Positions 18,754 to 26,997 of a stretch of DNA of 32,000 bases are shown in pieces. The stretch's first letter is position 1; the number at the start of each line of letters is the position of its first letter. The position numbers and the translations under genes were made by a program. This DNA comes from Alkalilimnicola ehrlichii MLHE-1. Its GTDB lineage: Bacteria; Pseudomonadota; Gammaproteobacteria; Nitrococcales; Halorhodospiraceae. The notes beneath the pieces are model-generated. The model was not told the DNA's origin. It did not search any database and worked only from the letters and a program-made list of their open reading frames with translations. The DNA is taken from positions 2,580,001 to 2,612,000 of the forward strand of contig NC_008340.1 in NCBI RefSeq assembly GCF_000014785.1, in the 5' to 3' direction.

Positions 18754-19512
18754 ATGGGAACGCTGAAGACGCTCATCGGCCTGCTGGCCATGCCGCTGCC
18801 GCTGGCGGCGGTGCTGCTGTTGGCCGGCCTGCTGGCCGTCGGGTTGGGCCGGCAGCGGCTGGGCCTGACGCTTCTGGCCGCAGCGCCGGCGTTGGTGGTG
18901 GTGCTGGCCTGGGCACCGGTGGCCGACCGGCTGCTCGCCCCCCTGGAGCAGCGCCACCCGCCGGTGCATGACGCCCGCGACCACCCGGAGGCGCAGGCCA
19001 TCGTGGTGCTCGGCTCGGGTTACTCCCCCCACCTGGCCCTGCCGGTCACCGCGCAGCTCAACGACAGCGGCCTGGTGCGACTGAACGAAGGCATCCGCCT
19101 GCACCGCCAGCGCCCGGCGCTCCCCCTGATCGTCTCCGGCGGCGCCCGCCCCGACCAGGCCCCGATCGCCGAGGGCTTCCGCCGCGCGGCCATCGCCCTG
19201 GGCGTTGCGGACGACCGCCTCCTCCCCCTCACCGAGCCCCGCGACACCGCCCAGGAGGCCTATGCCACCCGCGAGGTCCTAGGCGAGGGGGCCACCGTGT
19301 TGCTGGTCACCTCCGCCTCTCACATCCACCGCGCCCAGGCGCACTTCCACCGCGCCGGCCTCAACCCCATCCCGGCCCCCACTCGCCACAAGGCCGGCCA
19401 CGTCCGCCCCGCCACCCCCGGCTACTGGATCCCCAGCGCCACCCACCTGCGCAAGAGCGAACGGGCCCTCTACGAATACATGGGCCTCCTGGCCGCGGGG
19501 CTGGACCACTGA
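18754..19512 (+). CDS. DUF218 (ElyC/YdcF/SanA-family) membrane-anchored protein
   Basis: N-terminal TM helices, then AIVVLGSGY...LPLIVSGG...DTAQEAYATREVL...VLLVTSASHIHRA, a pattern typical of DUF218. GGGAGA lies upstream of the ATG. Confidence 0.8.
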   Translation: MGTLKTLIGLLAMPLPLAAVLLLAGLLAVGLGRQRLGLTLLAAAPALVVVLAWAPVADRLLAPLEQRHPPVHDARDHPEAQAIVVLGSGYSPHLALPVTAQLNDSGLVRLNEGIRLHRQRPALPLIVSGGARPDQAPIAEGFRRAAIALGVADDRLLPLTEPRDTAQEAYATREVLGEGATVLLVTSASHIHRAQAHFHRAGLNPIPAPTRHKAGHVRPATPGYWIPSATHLRKSERALYEYMGLLAAGLDH

Positions 19513-19545
19513 CAACAAAGCCCCTCGACGATCCACACGCCGCAT

Positions 19546-20240
19546 GGACTGCCGCGCCCCCTTCGGGGGCTCGCAGTGACAGTGGAGGCACCACCCCCCG
19601 GTTATCGCGAGGGCCGCCACCTCCTCCCCGTCATCGCCAGGGCCGCCACCTCCTCCCCGTCATCGCCAGGGCCGCCACCTCCTCTCCGTCATCGCGAGGG
19701 CCGAAGGCCCGTGGCGATCCAGAGGGGTAGACTGCCACGTCGGCTTCGCCTCCTCGCAGTGACAGTGGGGGTACACCACCGCCCGTCATCGCGAGGAGCG
19801 CCCCTCCCCCCGTCATCGCGAGGGCCGAAGGCCCGTGGCGATCCAGAGGGGTAGACTGCCACGTCGGCTTCGCCTCCTCGCAGTGACAGTGGGGGTACAC
19901 CACCGCCCGTCATCGCGAGGAGCGCCCCTCCCCCCGTCATCGCGAGGGCCGAAGGCCCGTGGCGATCCAGGGCGGTAGACTGCCACGTCGGCTTCGCCTC
20001 CTCGCAGTGACAGTGGGGGTACACCACCGCCCGTCATCGCGAGGAGCGCCCCTCCCCCCGTCATCGCGAGGGCCGAAGGCCCGTGGCGATCCAGGGCGGT
20101 AGACTGCGACGTCGGCTTCGCCTCCTCGCAGTGACGGTGGGGGTGGGTCCCCGCTCGCAGCGACGGCGGGGCTTCCCCCGTCATCGCGAGGGCCGCCCCT
20201 CCCCTCGTCATCGCGAGGAGCGAAGCGACGCGGCGATCCA
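19546..20240 (-). repeat. Repeat array C of the hairpin family (inverted orientation)
   Basis: Tail micro-tandem at 19601/19630/19659/19688 (29-bp period). Four composite units follow with a 124-bp period (GTCATCGCGAGGGCCGAAGG at 19688/19812/19936/20060). Degenerate modules end at about 20240, 25 bp from the GIY-YIG stop. Confidence 0.95.
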
Positions 20241-20264
20241 TACGCCGCCCAGGACCGCCACGCC

Positions 20265-20552
20265 TTAAATGATGTCGTGATACAAATCCCGCCACCCCGG
20301 ATTCATTGACTCTATCAACCCCACCTTCCGATTCCGGTTTCCCGACTTCAACTGCTTCTCCCGGCCGATGGCCGATGTCATGGTTTCATGGACTTCATAC
20401 CACACCAGCCGATGCAGGCCGTACCGTCGGGTAAACCCATCCACAAAGCCGGATTTATGCTGCCAGACACGTTGCACCAGGTTGCTGGTGACGCCGACAT
20501 AAAGCGTGCCGTTCCGGCCATTGGTCATGATATAGACACAGGGTTGGTTCAT
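20265..20552 (-). CDS. Stand-alone GIY-YIG nuclease (URI domain, COG2827/YhbQ-like)
   Basis: 95 aa: CVYIMTNGRNGTLYVGVTSNLVQRVWQHK...GFTRRYGLHRLVWYEVHETMTSAIGREKQLKSGNRNRKVGLIE (GIY...YVG, catalytic R and E). A strong AAGGAGG lies 7 nt upstream. GC is visibly lower (one 60-nt line spot-counted at 52%). Confidence 0.9.
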   Translation of the reverse strand: MNQPCVYIMTNGRNGTLYVGVTSNLVQRVWQHKSGFVDGFTRRYGLHRLVWYEVHETMTSAIGREKQLKSGNRNRKVGLIESMNPGWRDLYHDII

Positions 20553-20585
20553 ATGAGCCCTCCTTGGCCCTGAGTGATTCGCCGC

Positions 20586-21335
20586 CTATCCCCACTGCAC
20601 CACGCCCCGCACCAGCGTATACCCCCCGGCGACCAACGCCACTCCCAGCATCAGGTTCCGGTACGCGGCCAATGGAATCCAGTGGCCGAGGTACCGCGAC
20701 ACCCCCAGCCCCAGCACCACCCCCGGCAACAGGCTGGCGGCCAACGCCACATCCTGCCAGCCGAACCGCCCGGCCATGCCCAGCGCCGTGAGCGACATGA
20801 CGCTCATGGGCACGAAAATGGCATATAGCGTGCCGCGCACCCGCGCTGGAGAGGCGTTCTGATAGGCCAGCCCCAACGGCGGCCCACCCACTCCGGTAAT
20901 CGTGCCCATGGTCGCCGCGCACAGGCTGCCTGAGAACACCACGCTGCCGCGGGGCTGCACCTGGAGCCGGACCCAGCTCAGCACCACGGCCACCACAATC
21001 AGCGCCCCGAACAGGGTCTGCCACGCCGACAGCGGCAGCAGGCCGATCACCAGATAGGCCAACGCCGCCCCCAGCAGCGCCCCAGGCCAAGCCCAAGCCA
21101 GATCACGCACCACCACATGACGGGCATTGGCGCGCAGCAGCATCAGCGGCAGGATACCGCCGATCAGGACCAGCGGCGCCGGCACCAGGGTCGGGTGGAT
21201 CAGAAACAGCAAGGGCGCGCTGAACAGGGCCACGCCGTACCCGATCACGCCCTGGATCGCCGCACCGACGACGACGACACTCACCGCCAGCACCCACTGA
21301 AGCAGGCCCAGATCACCGAACACGATTGTCTCCAT
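20586..21335 (-). CDS. TauE/SafE (DUF81) family anion-exporter permease
   Basis: 249 aa with about 7-8 TM segments. The Gly-rich motifs GAAIQGVIGYGVALFSAPLL and TGVGGPPLGLAY are typical of the family. Confidence 0.85.
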   Translation of the reverse strand: METIVFGDLGLLQWVLAVSVVVVGAAIQGVIGYGVALFSAPLLFLIHPTLVPAPLVLIGGILPLMLLRANARHVVVRDLAWAWPGALLGAALAYLVIGLLPLSAWQTLFGALIVVAVVLSWVRLQVQPRGSVVFSGSLCAATMGTITGVGGPPLGLAYQNASPARVRGTLYAIFVPMSVMSLTALGMAGRFGWQDVALAASLLPGVVLGLGVSRYLGHWIPLAAYRNLMLGVALVAGGYTLVRGVVQWG

Positions 21336-21390
21336 TGCAAGCCATCATTCCCGCCGCAGCCAGTGTGCCAACCTACACCGCGGTTACCGG

Positions 21391-21673
21391 ACTGCACAGA
21401 GGGGCGTGGCAGTCCAGGCGGCGGGTGGATCGCCGCGTCGCTTCGCTCCTCGCGATGACGGGGGTGGGTGCCGCCCCCACCGTCACTGCGAGGAGGCGAA
21501 GCCGACGTGGCAGTCTACCGCTCTGGATCGCCACGGGCCTTCGGCCCTCGCGATGACGGGGGTGCCCCGTTCCTCGTTGATTCGGGCCCGCGCAGCGGGG
21601 AGGGGGGCTCGCGATGACGGGGTGGGTGCCGCCCCCACCGTCACTGCGAGCCCCGGAGGGGCGTGGCAGTCCA
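21391..21673 (+). repeat. Repeat array D of the hairpin family
   Basis: A degenerate head plus GGGGCGTGGCAGTCC...TGGATCGCCGCGTCGCTTCGCTCCTCGCGATGACGG, a full unit at 21481-21560, a tail-only module about 21608-21620, and a head plus half unit at 21639-21673. Confidence 0.9.
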
Positions 21674-21814
21674 GACCGAGGGCTATTGGCTGCGGCTACA
21701 AAACGCTTACGATCTGGAGGAGGCACGCCGCCACATGGCCGCATGAGCGGCAGCACCTGCTGCGCAGTTCACGGGCTTGTATTTAGCCCTGCTTCCGTTG
21801 CGCCTTGAAAGGCC

Positions 21815-23002
21815 TCAGATCTGCCGCAACGCACGCTCCAAATGCCCAAAGCCGATCCGCTCCTGTTCCAGCCTCAGGCAATCCTGCAGGGTATCTTCCC
21901 GCAGGTCCTGGAAAAGCGCCTGTTCCGCCTCGGTGAGTAGCGAAAGGCGCCCTGTGAACCGCTTGTTAGCCGGCTCCCGCCCCCACATCTCACGGTGCAT
22001 CTCCAACGTCTCGCGGTCCATGAGCAGGGATCGGGCGTGGGGCAGGCGGGTGCGCAGGCGGTGGAGCATGGCGAAGCCGTGGGTGTCGATATCGCCCCAG
22101 TAGTGGACCGCCACCTCCCGCAGCCAGCCAACCCCCGCCAACCGCTCCAGCCCATAGCCCAGACCGAAGATCACCAGGCCGCCCGGGTGGTCGGGGAAGG
22201 CCAGGCCATTGATCTCGTTCTCGGTGATGAAGACCCGGCGCACCGGCAGGCGCAGGTCGGCGAACTGTTCCGGGGGCACCGAGAGGTCGCTCAGCCCCTG
22301 CACGTAGAGGGCGGGGTCCAGCAACCGGAAGCGCACCAGCGCCGGCTTCTCCCGCAGCCCGAAACGCCGTTCGAAGCCCCGGGCGCCGGTGGCCGACGGG
22401 TCGATGGCGGCCTCGGGCAGCACCGCGTCCAACAACTCGGTGAACAGCCGGCGCCGGGCCTCGATGAACTTGGTGTCCACCCCGGGGATGTCCAGTTGCC
22501 GCAGATAGATACCGGGCCGGGGGTGGGCGCGGAACCAGTCCAGCACGTCCAGAATGCGCGGCCAGGCCCCGGCCTCCGCCAGCGCCTGCAGCGGCCGCCG
22601 GGCCAGCCAGTCTGCCAGCGACGGGAAGCGGCGCAGGGTCTCCCCGGCCAGCGCCCGAAAGCGGGCCGCCTCCCGCTCACGGCCGATCAGGCGCAAGCCG
22701 TCCGCCTCGCTCGGGACAATCGCCCCGGCGGGCAGGTCATTGGCCCCATGCACCCGGTGGTTCACCCGCCGCCACTCGATCCCGTAGCCGTACCCCCGCT
22801 CATCGCGGCTGCCGGCCTGAAGCTGCTGCACCCAACGGCGCACGGCGACGAAGTCCTCGGCCAGATCCCGGGAGGTGGGGCGGCGCAGCCGCAGCGTGAG
22901 CGGAAAGAGCGACTCGCCGCGCACATAGGCGGCCAGCCAATCGCCGCGCTCCCATTGGCGCAACAACTGCTGGCGCAGCTCGTCGGGTGTCGTCCAACTC
23001 AT
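21815..23002 (-). CDS. jetD: Wadjet JetD (DUF3322 plus Toprim/DUF2220 nuclease subunit)
   Basis: From the internal ATG at 23002 (ATGA overlap with the jetC stop): MSWTTPDELRQQLLRQWERGDWL... Toprim acidic motifs are VFITENEINGLAF and YWGDIDTHGFAMLHRLR. The track start at 23278 lies inside jetC and is rejected. Confidence 0.9.
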   Translation of the reverse strand: MSWTTPDELRQQLLRQWERGDWLAAYVRGESLFPLTLRLRRPTSRDLAEDFVAVRRWVQQLQAGSRDERGYGYGIEWRRVNHRVHGANDLPAGAIVPSEADGLRLIGREREAARFRALAGETLRRFPSLADWLARRPLQALAEAGAWPRILDVLDWFRAHPRPGIYLRQLDIPGVDTKFIEARRRLFTELLDAVLPEAAIDPSATGARGFERRFGLREKPALVRFRLLDPALYVQGLSDLSVPPEQFADLRLPVRRVFITENEINGLAFPDHPGGLVIFGLGYGLERLAGVGWLREVAVHYWGDIDTHGFAMLHRLRTRLPHARSLLMDRETLEMHREMWGREPANKRFTGRLSLLTEAEQALFQDLREDTLQDCLRLEQERIGFGHLERALRQI

Positions 23003-26000
23003 GGCGCGATACGCTGGCGGGCGGCCTTCTCCGCCTGGTACTCCGCAATGGTGAGATTGCGCACCATAGACTCGCGCCCCTCCACGTTGTGCACAAACCC
23101 CACGCTGGCCACGAAGGGCTCGATGATGTGGATCTTCTGCAACGGGGTGACGATCAGCAACTGCAGGTTCAACCGCTGGAACAGCTCCAGGCCGTAACGG
23201 GCGGACTCGTCCGAGCCGCGGCCGAAGGCCTCGTCGATGACCACGAAGCGGAACGAGCGCGAGCGGGTCTCGCCCCACTCCAGCCCGAACTGGTAGGCCA
23301 GGCTCGCGGCCAGCACGGTATAGGCCAGCTTCTCCTTCTGCCCCCCGGACTTGCCCCCGGAATCGGCGTAGTGCTCGTACTCGCTGTCGTCCTCGCGCCA
23401 GCGTTCGGAGGCGGAGAAGACGAACCAGTTGCGCACATCGGTGACCTTGCGGGTCCAGCGCCGGTCCAGGTCGGTGGTTCCCTCCCGGCCGCGGAAGCGC
23501 TCGATGATGGCCTTCACCTGCAGGAACTTGGCCTCGGAGTACTGATCGTCGTCCGAGCCGGTCACCGCCCCCTCGGTGCAGGCGCGCAGGCTCTGCTGAA
23601 AGTCGCGGATCTCCGCGTCCGGGGCGCTTTCCGCCATCAGGGTGATGTAACGGTTGTCGTTGTAGTCGATCTCACGCAGCGAGCGGTTGATGGTGCCGAT
23701 GCGCTCCAGGATCGCCTGGCGCTCCCGATGCAGCCGGCTCTGGAAGGCGGCCACCTCGCGGATGGTGTTTTCGTTGAGCAGCTCCTTGAAGCGGGCCTCG
23801 AAGCGGGGCAGATCATCTGCCTGCAACTGCTCGAGCATGGCGCGATAGTCGCCGGCGGCCTCGACGCTCACATCCACCTCCTGGCTGTCCAGCGGCCAGG
23901 CGTCCTGGTAGCGGCGCATGGCGTCGATGATGCGGTCGCGCAACTGCGCCAGGCGCTTGTCCTCCGCGTCGATCTTGCCCTGCAGCCATTCGCGCATGTC
24001 CTTCTCGCGGTTGTCGCAGGACTCCACCGTCAGGGTGTGCTCACCCAGGGCCTCGTCGCGCATGGCGGCCAGGCGCGGAAAGTAGGTCTGCTGCGCCTCT
24101 TCCGGTGTCGACTCCAACAGCGTGTGGCAATCCTGCCACTGGGCCCGGGCCTGCTCCTGTTTCAGCTCGTTGGCGCTGATCTCGCGATCCGCCTGGCGGA
24201 CCTCGCCCTCGACGCCCTTGATGGTCTTTTCCAGCTCATCCAGTTGCCGCTCCAGCGCCCGGAGCACGTCCGAGCCCTCGGCCAGCTCCCGGTACTCGCG
24301 CTCCAGCGCCTCAATGTCGGCAGCCAGCGGACGCCAGTCCAGGGCCTGAAAATCCTGGAACAGGGTCAGCTCCTGGATGGTGTCGCGGCGGGCCTCCTGG
24401 GCCCGCCGTTCGTCCTCCCAGCCACCGATGCGCTTGGCGATGGCCTGCATGCGCTCGGCCAGCCCGTCGGCCTCGGCCTCCAGCGCGGCGATCTTCGCCT
24501 CGTTGCTCCAGCCCAGCACATAACGGGTGCGGTCATCGATACGGTGGCGGTCGTCCTTCTCGTGGCGGCCACCGCCGGCCTTTATCTGCCCGGCACGGGT
24601 GATCGCCCGCTTCTCACGACGGAATTGCTGCAGATCGGTGCAGCAAGCGTAATCGAAGCGCTGCGCCAGCGCCTGCTCCAGCCAGGTATAAAACGCCGAC
24701 TCCGGCCGGATGGCCAGCTTGCGCACCAGCGAGTCGGCGTGCAGCGACGGCGGCGGCGCGTCGCGGGCTTCGCGCACGCGGTAGTAGACCAACCGCCCCC
24801 GCAACCGGGTGCGGTCCACCCACTCGGCGACGCGGGCGTAGTGGCTGTCGGGCACCAGCAGCGACAGGCCGAAGTTGTGCAGCACCCGTTCGATGGCGCC
24901 CTCCCAGTCGCGCTCGTCGTCACGCACCTGCAGCAGTTCACCGGCGAAGGGCAGGTCCTCGGCGGGCACCTCCAGCGCGCGGCACAGGGCGGTGCGGATG
25001 GCGAGGATCTCCGCCGGGATGTTGGAGCGTCGACCGCGCAGCGATGCCAGCTCGGCATCCAGGTCCTCGTGCCGCCCCTTGAGCTGGTGCAGCTCCACGC
25101 TGGCCTCCGTAATCCGGTTCTGCAGCTCGCTGCGGGCGGTCTCGGTGGCCTCGCGGGCCACGGTGAGCGCCTCGCGGTTGGCGTGAAAGACCTCGTCGCT
25201 GGTGGCATCGGGCAGCTCCAGCCGGTGCGCCAGCCGCCGGTAGCGCTCGGCCTTCTCGCTGCGCTCCGCCTTCTCCCGCCGCTTGCGCTCCAGCTCCGCC
25301 TTGATCCGCTCCAGGCGGTCGCCGCCGTTCTCGGCGATCGCCTGCTTGAGCTCGTCGCGCCGGGCCCGCTGCTCGGTGAGCCGAGTGCTCAGCCCCTCAA
25401 TGCGCTGCTGCAGCCGCTCGTGCTCCTGGCCCAGGTTGTCCAACCGGCGGTCCAGCAGCTCGGCCTTCAGCGAGGCGAACCAGGGCCGCAACGCCTGGCG
25501 GCAATCGCGCAGCTCCCGGGCCCGGGTGGCCCGTTGGTCGTGCTCGTCGGCATCGCGCACCAGGGGAATCAACTGCGCCACCTGCGACTTGGCCTTCAAC
25601 ACCGCCTCGTGGGCCCGGTTGAGGTCGTCGAAATGGCGGATCAGCGCCTCGATCCGCTCCTCGACGGGGAAGGCCTCCAGCATGTGACTGCGCACGAACT
25701 CGGTCAGGTTACCCACCGACTTCATGGAGACCGTCTGGTTAAAGAGCTCCAGGGCCTGCTCATTGTCGATGCCGAAGCGCCGCCGGAAGGCACCGCCGTA
25801 GGGCGGAAAGGTGTCGTACAACTCCACGTGGGGCAGCCCGCGCAGGCGCTTGCGCAGGTTGGCCAGGTCGGTGCCGAAATTGGCGAAGTGCTCGGCGATG
25901 TTCAGCGGGCGGTCGGCGACCACGAAAAACCGCGCCGGCTGGCCCTGGGTGTCCTTCATCCAGAAGACCTGGGCCAGGGTCACATCGTGGCCGAAGCCCT

Positions 26001-26391
26001 CGTTGTGGAAGTGGCCGAGGATGACCGAGTAGTTGTTATGGTCGCGCAGGCCCACCGGCTTGCTGGCCAAGCCGGCGTCGCTACGCTCCGACTTGTAGTA
26101 GCCGAGGACGTAAGAGCGCAGGCTGCGCTCCTTGGCCTCCGCGCCGGCGGCCTTGTTGTAGGTGATCCGCTGAGCCGGCACCAGCAGCGTGGTGATGGCG
26201 TCCACCAAGGTGGACTTGCCGGAGCCGATGTCCCCGGTCAGCAGGCTGTTGTCGCCGCCGGGCTGCAGCGACCAGACGCGGTCGTGGAAGGTGCCCCAGT
26301 TGAACACCTCCAGCCGCTGGAGGCGAAAACCGGTGCGCTGGTCGGAGCCGGCGAAATCCAGTCCCTGGGTTTCCATACGATGGGGTTCCAT
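22999..26391 (-). CDS. jetC: Wadjet JetC (SMC/MukB-like ATPase)
   Basis: 1130 aa from the ATG at 26391. It has FRLQRLEVFNWGTFHDRVW, Walker A LLTGDIGSGKSTLVDAI, a long central Glu/Arg/Leu-rich coiled-coil region, and Walker B FRFVVIDEAFGRGSD. Confidence 0.92.
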   Translation of the reverse strand: MEPHRMETQGLDFAGSDQRTGFRLQRLEVFNWGTFHDRVWSLQPGGDNSLLTGDIGSGKSTLVDAITTLLVPAQRITYNKAAGAEAKERSLRSYVLGYYKSERSDAGLASKPVGLRDHNNYSVILGHFHNEGFGHDVTLAQVFWMKDTQGQPARFFVVADRPLNIAEHFANFGTDLANLRKRLRGLPHVELYDTFPPYGGAFRRRFGIDNEQALELFNQTVSMKSVGNLTEFVRSHMLEAFPVEERIEALIRHFDDLNRAHEAVLKAKSQVAQLIPLVRDADEHDQRATRARELRDCRQALRPWFASLKAELLDRRLDNLGQEHERLQQRIEGLSTRLTEQRARRDELKQAIAENGGDRLERIKAELERKRREKAERSEKAERYRRLAHRLELPDATSDEVFHANREALTVAREATETARSELQNRITEASVELHQLKGRHEDLDAELASLRGRRSNIPAEILAIRTALCRALEVPAEDLPFAGELLQVRDDERDWEGAIERVLHNFGLSLLVPDSHYARVAEWVDRTRLRGRLVYYRVREARDAPPPSLHADSLVRKLAIRPESAFYTWLEQALAQRFDYACCTDLQQFRREKRAITRAGQIKAGGGRHEKDDRHRIDDRTRYVLGWSNEAKIAALEAEADGLAERMQAIAKRIGGWEDERRAQEARRDTIQELTLFQDFQALDWRPLAADIEALEREYRELAEGSDVLRALERQLDELEKTIKGVEGEVRQADREISANELKQEQARAQWQDCHTLLESTPEEAQQTYFPRLAAMRDEALGEHTLTVESCDNREKDMREWLQGKIDAEDKRLAQLRDRIIDAMRRYQDAWPLDSQEVDVSVEAAGDYRAMLEQLQADDLPRFEARFKELLNENTIREVAAFQSRLHRERQAILERIGTINRSLREIDYNDNRYITLMAESAPDAEIRDFQQSLRACTEGAVTGSDDDQYSEAKFLQVKAIIERFRGREGTTDLDRRWTRKVTDVRNWFVFSASERWREDDSEYEHYADSGGKSGGQKEKLAYTVLAASLAYQFGLEWGETRSRSFRFVVIDEAFGRGSDESARYGLELFQRLNLQLLIVTPLQKIHIIEPFVASVGFVHNVEGRESMVRNLTIAEYQAEKAARQRIAP

Positions 26392-26393
26392 GC

Positions 26394-26993
26394 TCACTGC
26401 CCGTCGCCGGCGGTAGTGGTGGCCTCGGCGTGCTCGCGGTACTCGGCCAGGCGCTGGTCGAACTCCGCCAGCCACTGGGCGTCGATATAGGCCTTGATGA
26501 TCCGGCGCACCTCGTACTGATTATCCTGCCCGCGCAGCCGGCGCAGGAAACCCAGCTCCACCACCTTGTTGATGTCCGCGTGCACCCGGTCCACCAACTT
26601 CGCCTCGTTGGCGCTGGCCGGCAGGAAGACACGGATCAGCTCCACGATCTGCTCCCGCGAGAGGATCAGCCGCGGGTCGCCGCCGCCGGCATCGTGCTCC
26701 ACCAGCTTCTTGCGCAGCAGCGCCAGCAGCAGGCTTACCGGGTAGGTGAGCTGGCGGCGCGGCACCAGCCGGGGCAGCTCCGGCTCGTCCTCGGCGGGGG
26801 TCCGCTGGCGCAGGCAGGCGTGGCCCTCGGCCTCGTCCAGCATCAGCTCCAGCCCGAGCACGGCCACGTGGTCGCGCACCCGCGCCTGGTGGTCCTCAAG
26901 CACCTGCCAGTAGCGAGGGTTCTGGTCCTTGTACAGCACACCCTTGAACAGGGTGATCAGCATGGCCGAGAAGTCGGCGTCCTGTTCGCTCAT
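26394..26993 (-). CDS. jetB: Wadjet JetB (DUF4194, kleisin-associated KITE-like subunit)
   Basis: 199 aa from the ATG at 26993: MSEQDADFSAMLITLFKGVLYKDQNPRYWQVLEDHQARVRDHVAVLGLELMLDEAEGHACLRQ. This pattern, the size, and the position between jetA and jetC are all as in JetB. Confidence 0.85.
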   Translation of the reverse strand: MSEQDADFSAMLITLFKGVLYKDQNPRYWQVLEDHQARVRDHVAVLGLELMLDEAEGHACLRQRTPAEDEPELPRLVPRRQLTYPVSLLLALLRKKLVEHDAGGGDPRLILSREQIVELIRVFLPASANEAKLVDRVHADINKVVELGFLRRLRGQDNQYEVRRIIKAYIDAQWLAEFDQRLAEYREHAEATTTAGDGQ

Positions 26994-26997
26994 AGGC

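Noticed and set aside
22987-26490. Very long ORFs antisense to real genes. These are 22987..26490 + (1167 aa, opposite jetC), 3647..5482 + (opposite lctP), 13235..14767 +, 11834..12949 +, 14656..16353 +, 5950..7539 +, 7533..8486 +, 9792..10904 +, 27100..28419 +, 21995..23197 +, 413..1660 +, 16478..17248 +, 17654..18508 + and 1984..2742 -.
   Set aside because: These are typical high-GC shadow ORFs. Their composition is dominated by Arg/Gly/Ala/Pro/His/Gln with no recognisable motifs. The opposite strand encodes proteins with clear family signatures.
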